This document shows, piece after piece, positions 47,819 through 56,541 of a DNA stretch of 64,000 nt; positions within the stretch are counted from its first letter, which is position 1; each line of letters starts with the position of its first letter. The stretch comes from an uncultured Candidatus Peribacteria bacterium (GTDB lineage Bacteria; Patescibacteriota; Gracilibacteria; RBG-16-42-10). Where the stretch lies: positions 1 through 64,000 of the forward strand of contig CAZERA010000001.1 of NCBI GenBank assembly GCA_964514565.1, given 5' to 3'. The notes beneath the pieces are model-generated. The model worked only from the letters and a program-made list of their open reading frames with translations. It was not told the DNA's origin and did not search any database. The position numbers and the translations under genes are program-made.

Positions 47819-49345
47819 ATGTCCTACACCGTCTTTTACCGCAAATATCGCCCCAGCAATTTTGACCAAGTGGTAGGTCAAGATGCAGTAACCAATACCC
47901 TACTCCAAGCGCTCAAGACCGGCAATGTCAGCCATGCTTACTTACTATGTGGACCCAGAGGAACCGGCAAGACAACCTTGGCTAGATTGATTGCTAAAGG
48001 GGTAAATTGTTTAAGCCCTCTACCTAATGGTGAACCATGTAATACCTGTGAAATTTGTACTGAGATTCGAGATGGCCAGTTTTCAGATATCATTGAGATT
48101 GATGCAGCATCCAATCGCAGCATTGATGATATCCGTGACCTCAAAGACAAAGTAAACTTCATGCCACTACGAGGTAAGAAAAAAGTGTACATCATCGATG
48201 AAGTACACATGCTTACCAAAGAAGCCTTCAATGCATTGCTCAAAACGCTAGAAGAACCACCAGCACATGTACATTTTATTTTAGCTACTACTGAGCGGCA
48301 CAAAGTACCAGCTACTATCATCTCTCGCACCCAAAGCTTTTTACTGAAACCGCTTAGCGAAGAAAAAGTGATTGGTTTACTACAAGACGTACTGAAACAA
48401 GAAGGTATTGAAGCAGATGCTGGTACATTGGAGATTATTGCTCTTGCCAGTGAAGGTGGCGTACGAGATGCGCTGACTTTGCTAGAACAATCTGTAATAG
48501 ACAAAAAGATTAGCATGGCCCATGTCAGTGCCCAGCTCGGTTTTGTCAGTCTCGATGTCATGAAACAATTCTTCACCCTGTGGCAAAACGGCACCAGTGA
48601 AGAAAAGATTACTCATCTAGAGAAGCTCTACACCGACGGCATCATCGTCGAACAGTTCGTAAAACAAGCCATATTCTACGCAAGACAACAGCTTCACTTA
48701 GCCGTCCGTCAAAACCCTCAAGATAAAAACTGGTACATCAAATGTCTAGAACAACTGATCAACTGTGAAAGACAATTACATTACACCCCAGTAGCAATCC
48801 TAGCACTAGAACTAGCCTACATGAGCCTAGAACCTCAAGGACTTGGCACAACTCAAAGCACAACTCCAAATACACCACCTACAGCACCAGCGTTACCAAC
48901 AAACCAATCCTCAACTCCAGCAGCCCCCCCCCTACCAAAACCACCAGTAGTAGCCGCCATATCACAAACAATCCCCGCTCCAAAACCTCTGACCGCTGAT
49001 CTCGTACCTCTGCCCTCCCCCGCAGCCTCTTCTCCAGATGTGCACAGCCTCCAAACCAAATGGCAGTTGGCAATTCAAAGCATCACCCATCCAACTACCA
49101 AGATGGCGATTCGTAATAGTGATATTCGTAAAGATGAAGACAAATTGATCGTGTATGTAGACTCACAATTTGTATTAGACAAAATCAATACCACCCAGAG
49201 CATCCAGTTGATTCGCGATGCGATCGTGAGCGGCTTCGGTCAAGCGCTTGACGTTACCTTCAAAGTAAAGGAAGATCTTGCCCAGCCCCAAGAAATACTG
49301 AATAAAGTACAGGCAATTTTTGGTACGCCTCTCAATGCAGCATAA
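47819..49345 (+). CDS. dnaX: DNA polymerase III subunit gamma/tau
   Basis: YRKYRP, GPRGTGKTT, EIDAAS, DEVHML, LLKTLEEPP. Confidence 0.95.
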   Translation: MSYTVFYRKYRPSNFDQVVGQDAVTNTLLQALKTGNVSHAYLLCGPRGTGKTTLARLIAKGVNCLSPLPNGEPCNTCEICTEIRDGQFSDIIEIDAASNRSIDDIRDLKDKVNFMPLRGKKKVYIIDEVHMLTKEAFNALLKTLEEPPAHVHFILATTERHKVPATIISRTQSFLLKPLSEEKVIGLLQDVLKQEGIEADAGTLEIIALASEGGVRDALTLLEQSVIDKKISMAHVSAQLGFVSLDVMKQFFTLWQNGTSEEKITHLEKLYTDGIIVEQFVKQAIFYARQQLHLAVRQNPQDKNWYIKCLEQLINCERQLHYTPVAILALELAYMSLEPQGLGTTQSTTPNTPPTAPALPTNQSSTPAAPPLPKPPVVAAISQTIPAPKPLTADLVPLPSPAASSPDVHSLQTKWQLAIQSITHPTTKMAIRNSDIRKDEDKLIVYVDSQFVLDKINTTQSIQLIRDAIVSGFGQALDVTFKVKEDLAQPQEILNKVQAIFGTPLNAA

Positions 49346-49356
49346 TCTATCCCGGT

Positions 49357-50757
49357 ATGAATAATTTTTTGCCACCTCAAAGCAACGATGCCGAGCAAAG
49401 TGTACTTGGTTCTATCTTGATAGATAAGGACGCTTTTATCAGCATCTCAGACTTCATCAACGCCAATGATTTCTATGACACTCGTCATCAAGAAATTTAT
49501 GGCGCTATTCTAGAGCTTTTCCAACGTTATCAACCAATCGATGTACTCACGGTTGCCAATATCTTGGAAGAGCACAATAAACTCACCGAAATCGGTAGTA
49601 GTGAATACTTGATTCAACTGACTCAGACCGTACCAACTTCTAGTCACGTCTATCACTATGCTCAGATCGTCAAACAAAAGTCAGTTTTGAGAAAGCTGAT
49701 CATTGCCGGTCAGCAAATATCAGCGCTTGGTTATGATGAAAAATCAGAAACAAAGGAAGTACTAGAAAACGCTGAAAAACTGCTCTTTTCTGTCTCTCAA
49801 ACCTTTGTAAAAAGTAAATTTGTCCATATCAAAGAGATCCTGGACAAGTCATATGATCGCATTGCCGAGCTCCATGCAGCCAATGAACGTGATGGCCATG
49901 CCTTCCGTGGTGTTATTACTGGCTTCCATGAGCTAGATCATCATCTTTCTGGGTTACAGTCCTCTGATCTAATCATCTTGGCAGCCCGTCCATCTATGGG
50001 TAAAACAGCCTTAGCCTTGAACATTGCTCAAAACGTAGCCAAGGATTCCAAGAAAACAGTAGGAGTATTCTCCTTGGAAATGTCCAAAGATCAATTAGTT
50101 GAACGTATGTTTTGTTCAATGATGGGTCTCGACTCATGGAAACTACGTAATGGTAAGCTGACAGATCAAGAATTGAGCAATATTGGCATTGTGATGCAAG
50201 ATCTCAATAATATCAGCATGTATATTGATGATGCTCCAGAATGTAGTATTATTGATCTCCGTACCAAGGCTCGCCGCCTCCAGCAAGAACACGGCTTAGA
50301 TTTGTTAGTAATTGATTACCTACAGCTAATGGGCAGTAGTAGTCCCACTAGAGACAACAACCAAGTCCAAAAGATTTCCGAAATATCACGTTCACTCAAA
50401 TTGTTGGCACGTGAACTACAAGTACCAATCATCGCGCTATCACAGCTTTCTCGTACAGTAGAAAGCCGTCCAGAGAAGATTCCTCAATTGTCAGATTTGA
50501 GAGATTCAGGATCTATCGAGCAAGATGCCGATATCGTGCTCTTTATTTATCGTGATGATTATTACAATCCTGATAGCGCTCGCCCAGGTACAGCGGATAT
50601 TATTATTGCCAAACATCGTGCCGGTCCTACTGGCCGAGTAGAACTAGGCTACAAGAAAGAACAGATTCTGTTCGTAAATATGGATAGAACCCACCAGCAA
50701 CCAGGCGAATTTGCTCCACCTCAAGCACAACCACATAGTCACAGCAATTACCATTGA
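49357..50757 (+). CDS. dnaB: Replicative DNA helicase
   Basis: AARPSMGKT, FSLEM, IDYLQL, LSQLSR, DLRDSGSIEQDAD. Confidence 0.97.
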   Translation: MNNFLPPQSNDAEQSVLGSILIDKDAFISISDFINANDFYDTRHQEIYGAILELFQRYQPIDVLTVANILEEHNKLTEIGSSEYLIQLTQTVPTSSHVYHYAQIVKQKSVLRKLIIAGQQISALGYDEKSETKEVLENAEKLLFSVSQTFVKSKFVHIKEILDKSYDRIAELHAANERDGHAFRGVITGFHELDHHLSGLQSSDLIILAARPSMGKTALALNIAQNVAKDSKKTVGVFSLEMSKDQLVERMFCSMMGLDSWKLRNGKLTDQELSNIGIVMQDLNNISMYIDDAPECSIIDLRTKARRLQQEHGLDLLVIDYLQLMGSSSPTRDNNQVQKISEISRSLKLLARELQVPIIALSQLSRTVESRPEKIPQLSDLRDSGSIEQDADIVLFIYRDDYYNPDSARPGTADIIIAKHRAGPTGRVELGYKKEQILFVNMDRTHQQPGEFAPPQAQPHSHSNYH

Positions 50758-50811
50758 TTGAGTCCTGAACTACTGCTAACCTATATTTGCGAATAAAAAG
50801 CATTCTCTTAT

Positions 50812-51255
50812 ATGGCGATCTCAGCAACTGACTTGGTAGTAAAAATGCTCACGGAAAAGAATATCCCGCTGACACTCCAACGCAGGATAGTTTTAGAGGA
50901 GATGATGAAAAGGAACGATCACCCAACCGCTGAAGAGCTTCATTCCAGCCTGAGACAAAATATCAGCCTAGCCACGATTTACCGCACACTAGAGACACTC
51001 ACCCACCATCACTTACTAGCAGAACACAGCCAAGGCAAAAACTCTAGTCGCTATGAGCTCAGCAAAGGAGCTCACTATCATGTGATATGTATGAAATGTA
51101 ATAAAATGGAGGACGTATTTGGTGTCTCTATTCAGTCATTGGAAGAAGAAATTGCCAAGCTTACTGGCTACCGAGTAGAAAAACATCGCCTGGACGTTTA
51201 CGGTCTTTGCCCAGATTGCCGGATAAGCCAAATTCCTATTCAGATTCAAACATGA
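50812..51255 (+). CDS. Fur/PerR family transcriptional regulator
   Basis: T.QR, HPTAEE, SLATIYRTL, H.H.IC..C, G.C..C. Confidence 0.9.
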   Translation: MAISATDLVVKMLTEKNIPLTLQRRIVLEEMMKRNDHPTAEELHSSLRQNISLATIYRTLETLTHHHLLAEHSQGKNSSRYELSKGAHYHVICMKCNKMEDVFGVSIQSLEEEIAKLTGYRVEKHRLDVYGLCPDCRISQIPIQIQT

Positions 51256-52661
51256 ACTCATTTCTAGCAGCAAAGCATTTTCATTTAATTGGTATCAAAG
51301 GGGTAGGAATGACTGCTCTCGCTCAAATACTTTTGAGTATGGGCAAAGTGGTCACTGGGTCTGATCAACCTGAAGTATTCTTTACCGATCAGATTTTGAA
51401 CAAACTAGCTATACCAGTGAGAACATCGATGGGACCAGAAAACATTACCCCAATGACTGACTGGGTAGTCTACTCTCCAGCCTGGGATCGTCACCCCGAG
51501 ACTGAAGCAGCTCGCGAGAGAGGCTTGCCAACCTACAGCTACCCTGAAATGCTTGGATTATTGTCACAAACAAAAGAAAGCATTGGTGTTTCTGGCACAC
51601 ATGGAAAGACTACGACTACAGCGTTATTGGCACTGGCTATGATCGATATGGATTTAGATCCACAAGCAGTAGTCGGCTCACAAGTACCGCAATTTGGCTA
51701 TACCAATGCCTATACTGGCCAAGGAAACTATTTAGTGGCGGAGACATGTGAATACCGCAGGCACTTTCTCCACTTTCACCCAAGTCACATTATTATTACC
51801 AATATTGATGCTGACCATTTAGATTATTTCAAAGATCTTGATGACATTATTTCTGCGTTCAAACAATATGTAGAAAAGCTACCTGCCAATGGTATTCTAG
51901 TTGCTTGCATTGATAGTCCAGGTGTACAGAAATTACTACCACAAATTAGCCGCACTGATATTCGCATCATTACTTACGGTGAAAGTGTGGATGCCAACTA
52001 TCGAGTAATCAATCACACTGTAAGTAATAATCAACAAAGCTTTCAAATCCAAACAGGTAGCACCACCCATGCATTTGAAATGATTATTCCTGGTAAACAT
52101 AATTGTCTCAATGCCGCAGCAGTGATTGCATTATGTTTAACTTTACTAGGTAAAGACCACACTAGTCAGGTAGTCAGTAAATTGCAGAATACCGTACGTA
52201 ACTATCGATCTACCACTAGAAGATTAGAAAGAATTGGCGAATACAAAAATACAGTGCTCTATGACGATTATGGCCATCACCCAGTCGAGATCAGTGCTAG
52301 CTTAAATGCTTTGCGCAACTTTTATCCCGATCATGAAATGATTGTAGCCTTTATGCCGCATACCTACACTCGCACCCAAATGCTCATGAAGGATTTTGCT
52401 CAAGCCTTTAGTTTAGCAGACGAGGTAATCATCAATGAGATTTACGCTTCAGCACGCGAGACGCCGTTGCCAGGAGTTAGTGGCGAACGCTTAGCAGAAG
52501 AAACAGCAAAATATCATCCCAAAGCTAGTTACTTGACGAAAGAAGACACAAAAGCGTATATCAAGTCACTACCAGATAGTACAAAACCGTATCTCTTCCT
52601 CACCATAGGGGCTGGAGACAATTGGAAAATCACTCATCACCTACTTCATCCAAATGAATAG
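51252..52661 (+). CDS. murC: UDP-N-acetylmuramate--L-alanine ligase
   Basis: IGIKGVGM, GTHGKTTT, DHLDYF, DDYGHHP; ATGA overlap with fur stop. Confidence 0.93.
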   Translation: MNSFLAAKHFHLIGIKGVGMTALAQILLSMGKVVTGSDQPEVFFTDQILNKLAIPVRTSMGPENITPMTDWVVYSPAWDRHPETEAARERGLPTYSYPEMLGLLSQTKESIGVSGTHGKTTTTALLALAMIDMDLDPQAVVGSQVPQFGYTNAYTGQGNYLVAETCEYRRHFLHFHPSHIIITNIDADHLDYFKDLDDIISAFKQYVEKLPANGILVACIDSPGVQKLLPQISRTDIRIITYGESVDANYRVINHTVSNNQQSFQIQTGSTTHAFEMIIPGKHNCLNAAAVIALCLTLLGKDHTSQVVSKLQNTVRNYRSTTRRLERIGEYKNTVLYDDYGHHPVEISASLNALRNFYPDHEMIVAFMPHTYTRTQMLMKDFAQAFSLADEVIINEIYASARETPLPGVSGERLAEETAKYHPKASYLTKEDTKAYIKSLPDSTKPYLFLTIGAGDNWKITHHLLHPNE

Positions 52662-53856
52662 CCAACATTATCAAGTTTTAGATCACATTTTTAGCCAGAT
52701 CACTCACATGCCATTTAAGGTGATTTACTGGACCGAAGGTAGCAAAAGTTATAATAGCGGGGAACCAGTTTTTACGATTGAATTCAAAAATCCAGCAGTG
52801 GTAGATGATATTTTACGTCATGTCAGTCTAGGCTTTGGTGAAGGCTATACTCGTGGAGACATCGAAGTATACGGAGATTTTCCACGCCTCTGTGGATTAG
52901 TCTATGACCCTCGAGTCAAAGCAATTAAACCTAGCTTAAGCGCCATGATTAAAATTGCGCGCTTGAGAATCAAATCTAGAAACAACATTAGTCAGTCCAA
53001 GAAGAATATTAGTCACCATTATGACTTAAGCAACGAATTTTATAGCCTGATGCTTGATGACAAAATGGTATACTCATGTGCTTACTACAAGGACCCAGCT
53101 AATAGCATCTCTCAGGCCCAAACCGACAAACTAGACTATATTTGTAGAAAGCTGTTACTCAAACCAGGTCAAACATTACTAGACATTGGTTGTGGTTGGG
53201 GAGCTTTAGTAATTCATGCCGCAAAAAACTATGGAGTAAAAGCTACAGGCATCACACTTAGCAAGAACCAATTGGCAGAAGCACAAAAACGCGTAGATGC
53301 TGCAGGTTTATCTGACAAGATCACGCTATTACTCACTGACTATCGTGAATTAGCGACCAAAGATCTCAGCTTCGATCGAATCGTCAGCATAGGAATGATG
53401 GAACATGTAGGCAAGGAAAATATTCATGCCTATGTAGAAACCAACCGCAAATTACTCAAAGAAAATGGTATTGGTTTACTACACACGATCGGCAACATGA
53501 GAAGTGGCAATATTGATGCTTGGATCAATAAGTATATTTTCCCTGGCGCTTATTTACCTGAACCAGGTGAGCTGATCAACGCGCTTCGTGATGTAGGAAT
53601 GGAAGTTTATTTGCTAGAGAATTTACGACCACACTATGCTTTGACACTACAGGCATGGTTGGAAAACATGGAAAAGAATATAGACAAAGTAAGCAAAATA
53701 GTCAGTCCTGAAACAATCAGAATTTACCGAATGTATTTAAATAGTTGTATTGCCACATTTACGTACGGCGACACTGACCTCTATCAGATTAGCTATAGCA
53801 ACGGCTATACCAATAATGCTGGAGTACCACTTACCAATAGTTATTTGCATGCATAA
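52654..53856 (+). CDS. cfa: Cyclopropane-fatty-acyl-phospholipid synthase family methyltransferase
   Basis: HYDLSNEFY, YSCAY, LDIGCGWG, SIGMMEHVG, YIFPG, HYALTL. Confidence 0.9.
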   Translation: MNSQHYQVLDHIFSQITHMPFKVIYWTEGSKSYNSGEPVFTIEFKNPAVVDDILRHVSLGFGEGYTRGDIEVYGDFPRLCGLVYDPRVKAIKPSLSAMIKIARLRIKSRNNISQSKKNISHHYDLSNEFYSLMLDDKMVYSCAYYKDPANSISQAQTDKLDYICRKLLLKPGQTLLDIGCGWGALVIHAAKNYGVKATGITLSKNQLAEAQKRVDAAGLSDKITLLLTDYRELATKDLSFDRIVSIGMMEHVGKENIHAYVETNRKLLKENGIGLLHTIGNMRSGNIDAWINKYIFPGAYLPEPGELINALRDVGMEVYLLENLRPHYALTLQAWLENMEKNIDKVSKIVSPETIRIYRMYLNSCIATFTYGDTDLYQISYSNGYTNNAGVPLTNSYLHA

Positions 53857-54898
53857 AGGTTTTTGGCAAACACTCAAGTATCCTATTTTGGGCATGTCTC
53901 CCATGGACGGAGTGACCGATGTGGTCTTCCGTTCCATGATGGCAAAGCATAGTCCGTCAGATCTCATGATCACTGAGTTTGTTTCAGTAGAAGGGATGAA
54001 TGTAGGCAATCCTGAGAAGGTATTCACACCTTTCTTATACGAAAAAGATGTCCATCCAATCGTGGCCCAGGTATTTGGTAGCACTCCAGATGCCTTTTAC
54101 CAATCCGCGATCATGGTCGCCCATATGGGGTTTGATGGCATTGATATTAATATGGGTTGCCCAGCCAAAAACATCTCAGCTCGAGGCGCTGGTGCTGGTT
54201 TAATCCGCACACCAGAGCTCGCCCAAGCAATCATTCGAGCAGTACAACAAGGTGTAGTGGACTATGAGCAAGGAAAAGGCATAGATGACCTCAAAATCCC
54301 CCAAAGAACCAAAGACTATCTTTGGCAACACTACCCTAGTCCGGCCGAGAAGCGCCCGCTACTACCGGTATCAGTAAAAACTCGCATCGGCTATGACGAA
54401 ATTGTAATTGAAAAATGGGTAGAAACGCTACTTGAATGCACCCCGGTCAATATAAGCATTCATGGTCGTACCTTGGAACAAATGTATAGTGGCAAAGCAG
54501 ATTGGGATGCCATCGGTAGAGCAGTGAAAATTATTCACCAAACCGAAACATCAGTTTTAGGAAACGGTGACATTCAAGACCTTGCCGACGCCCAGCAAAA
54601 AATAGAGCAGTACAAAGTAGATGGTGTTTTGATTGGTCGAGCATGTTTTGGTAACCCTTGGATTTTTAGAGGTCATGTACCAACAATAGAAGAACGCTTA
54701 AATGCTGCAGTAGAACATGCAAAACTCTATGAATCATGGTTTGGCACCGAGTTCTTTCACCCAATGCGAAAACACCTAAGCTGGTACATACATGGTTTTT
54801 CTAATGCTAAAGACTTACGACTTGCCTTGATCAAAACCAATTCCGCTTCGGAAGTAGTTACTATAGTGGACCAGTATCTGAATCAAGTTGAGAAGTAA
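53849..54898 (+). CDS. dus: tRNA-dihydrouridine synthase
   Basis: SPMDGVTD, DINMGCP, SVKTRIG, HGRT, GNGDI, IGRA..GNPW. Confidence 0.92.
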   Translation: MHKGFWQTLKYPILGMSPMDGVTDVVFRSMMAKHSPSDLMITEFVSVEGMNVGNPEKVFTPFLYEKDVHPIVAQVFGSTPDAFYQSAIMVAHMGFDGIDINMGCPAKNISARGAGAGLIRTPELAQAIIRAVQQGVVDYEQGKGIDDLKIPQRTKDYLWQHYPSPAEKRPLLPVSVKTRIGYDEIVIEKWVETLLECTPVNISIHGRTLEQMYSGKADWDAIGRAVKIIHQTETSVLGNGDIQDLADAQQKIEQYKVDGVLIGRACFGNPWIFRGHVPTIEERLNAAVEHAKLYESWFGTEFFHPMRKHLSWYIHGFSNAKDLRLALIKTNSASEVVTIVDQYLNQVEK

Positions 54899-55022
54899 GA
54901 AGTAAAAGGGAAGAGTTAAAAAGTGTATGGACAGAGTGTGGCTTCTAAAGCCAATTATCTCCACAGCTGTGGAACCCCCAGCTCATAGATTTCTTACCTC
55001 TTACTTCTTACTTCTTACTTTT
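54890..55022. repeat. Dispersed intergenic element, copy D
   Basis: Left arm AGTAAGA-AGTAAAA-GGGAAGA contains the dus stop; palindrome TCCAC-AGCT-GTGGA at 54960-54973; right arm TCTTACC-TCTTACT-TCTTACT-TCTTACT. Confidence 0.75.
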
Positions 55023-55063
55023 GTGCTACCATTGTTTCGCAAAGCTCCTATGCTTCATTATTT

Positions 55064-56527
55064 ATGAAAATCCTACGCTACGTGTTGTTAGTACTTGGTT
55101 TAAGTATGTGTTTGACTCTGCCCACTCAGGCTGCAACCGTGGTTACTACACCAAAAGCAGTGATTGATAGCCCTGATACAAGTGAGGCAAATAAAAACGT
55201 TTTATTTGAAGCTGGGCGATCTACTGGCACGATCAAAACTACTCAATACTTATGGGATTTTGGCGATCAATCAGTTGGTAGTGGTCCAGATATCTTTCAT
55301 ACCTATAGCAAGCCTGGTCGCTATACTATTACACTCACACTCAACAATGGAGATATTGGTACTAGCGAACCAATCAAAAGCAGCAAAGAACTCTTCGTAT
55401 ACAACCAGGTGCAAACACTTTTAGTGAATGAAACCAGCGATCAGTCGCAGAGAGATAGTTTAGTAAATCACCTGAGACAAAAAAATATTTACCTTCACCA
55501 GCTCAACGTTGACCGGATTTGGAGCCCAGAGGAGGAACTACTCCTACGTCGCAGTACTTTTGTTTTCACTTACCTACACCCGGCTGAATTGGTTAGTGAT
55601 CAAAAACATGACGCATTGAGTCAAAATACCGTAGTAATTATGAGTCAGGAGAATCTTCAGACTCTGGAGAGACTTAGTAGAACTTCTTTTAGTAGCATTG
55701 GTGCCAACAAAATTATTCTCGCGCCAATCACAGCAGCAGATGAAGATAGTGTGACAAACCAATCAGTTTTAGAAGCTTCAAATATCGCTGAGCTAACTGG
55801 CATGTTGACCAACCGAAAGTTATCATTCGTCGAGGTCAATACTCAGCAAGCAATTGGTATCGATAACTTTATGCTCGCCATCACCAATTATCTCCGCAGT
55901 AAGGGCGCTCCAGACTGGACTCTATTTCTACTGCTCAGTATCCCCTTGATTGCAACGATGATTAGCTTTGCTCGTCAGTTCATTGGTCTTGCGACTCTTG
56001 GTATCTATACCCCAACAGTCTTTACTATAATCTTCCTCCTCATCGGTGGTTTTACTGGAAGTATGACCTTTATCGTCATTGCTGTAATTAGCATCCTACT
56101 CCAAAAGTTTCTCAATAAAGTGAGGATTATGTACGTCCCCAAAGTAGCGATGATTTTGATGCTTACAAGCATGTTGATATTGGGCATTCTCGCAGTATCT
56201 GCTTACTTTGGCTTCAATTTCTTGATTACTATTGATATTTTCCCTGTGATTTTATTGCTCACCATGGGAGAACGTTTTATCAGCTTAAAGCTCGAACGTG
56301 GGCTCAAGTCTGCCAGTTTATTGTTTGCCGAAACAATCATTGTTGCCATAGTGATTTATCTGATCTTACAACATACGCGAGAATCAATATTGGCTTACCC
56401 TGAGATTATTTTCTTGATGATTCCACTCAATTATTTGATTGGTAAATGGACAGGTCTACGTCTTTCTGAAATCCTCCGTTTTAGAGAATTGGTAGACACG
56501 GTAGAGCAAGACGCTGAAGAAGAATAA
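55064..56527 (+). CDS. Signal peptide + PKD domain + 7TM domain of the ATP-grasp-associated (7TM_transglut-like) family
   Basis: WDFGD...HTY..PG.Y PKD; LL.IP....I...RQFIGL.TLGIYTP, FPVILL....ERF, GKWTGLRLSE..RF. Confidence 0.85.
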   Translation: MKILRYVLLVLGLSMCLTLPTQAATVVTTPKAVIDSPDTSEANKNVLFEAGRSTGTIKTTQYLWDFGDQSVGSGPDIFHTYSKPGRYTITLTLNNGDIGTSEPIKSSKELFVYNQVQTLLVNETSDQSQRDSLVNHLRQKNIYLHQLNVDRIWSPEEELLLRRSTFVFTYLHPAELVSDQKHDALSQNTVVIMSQENLQTLERLSRTSFSSIGANKIILAPITAADEDSVTNQSVLEASNIAELTGMLTNRKLSFVEVNTQQAIGIDNFMLAITNYLRSKGAPDWTLFLLLSIPLIATMISFARQFIGLATLGIYTPTVFTIIFLLIGGFTGSMTFIVIAVISILLQKFLNKVRIMYVPKVAMILMLTSMLILGILAVSAYFGFNFLITIDIFPVILLLTMGERFISLKLERGLKSASLLFAETIIVAIVIYLILQHTRESILAYPEIIFLMIPLNYLIGKWTGLRLSEILRFRELVDTVEQDAEEE

Positions 56528-56541
56528 GTCACCTCGACCTT

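Noticed and set aside
47938..48594. 218-aa antisense ORF within dnaX and other short overlapping ORFs in the track
   Set aside because: Shadow frames of well-supported genes with no independent motifs
48924..48932. C9 run in dnaX as a gamma/tau slippage site
   Set aside because: It lies in a Pro-rich linker and is explained by Ala-Pro-Pro-Leu codons; known dnaX shift sites are A/T runs
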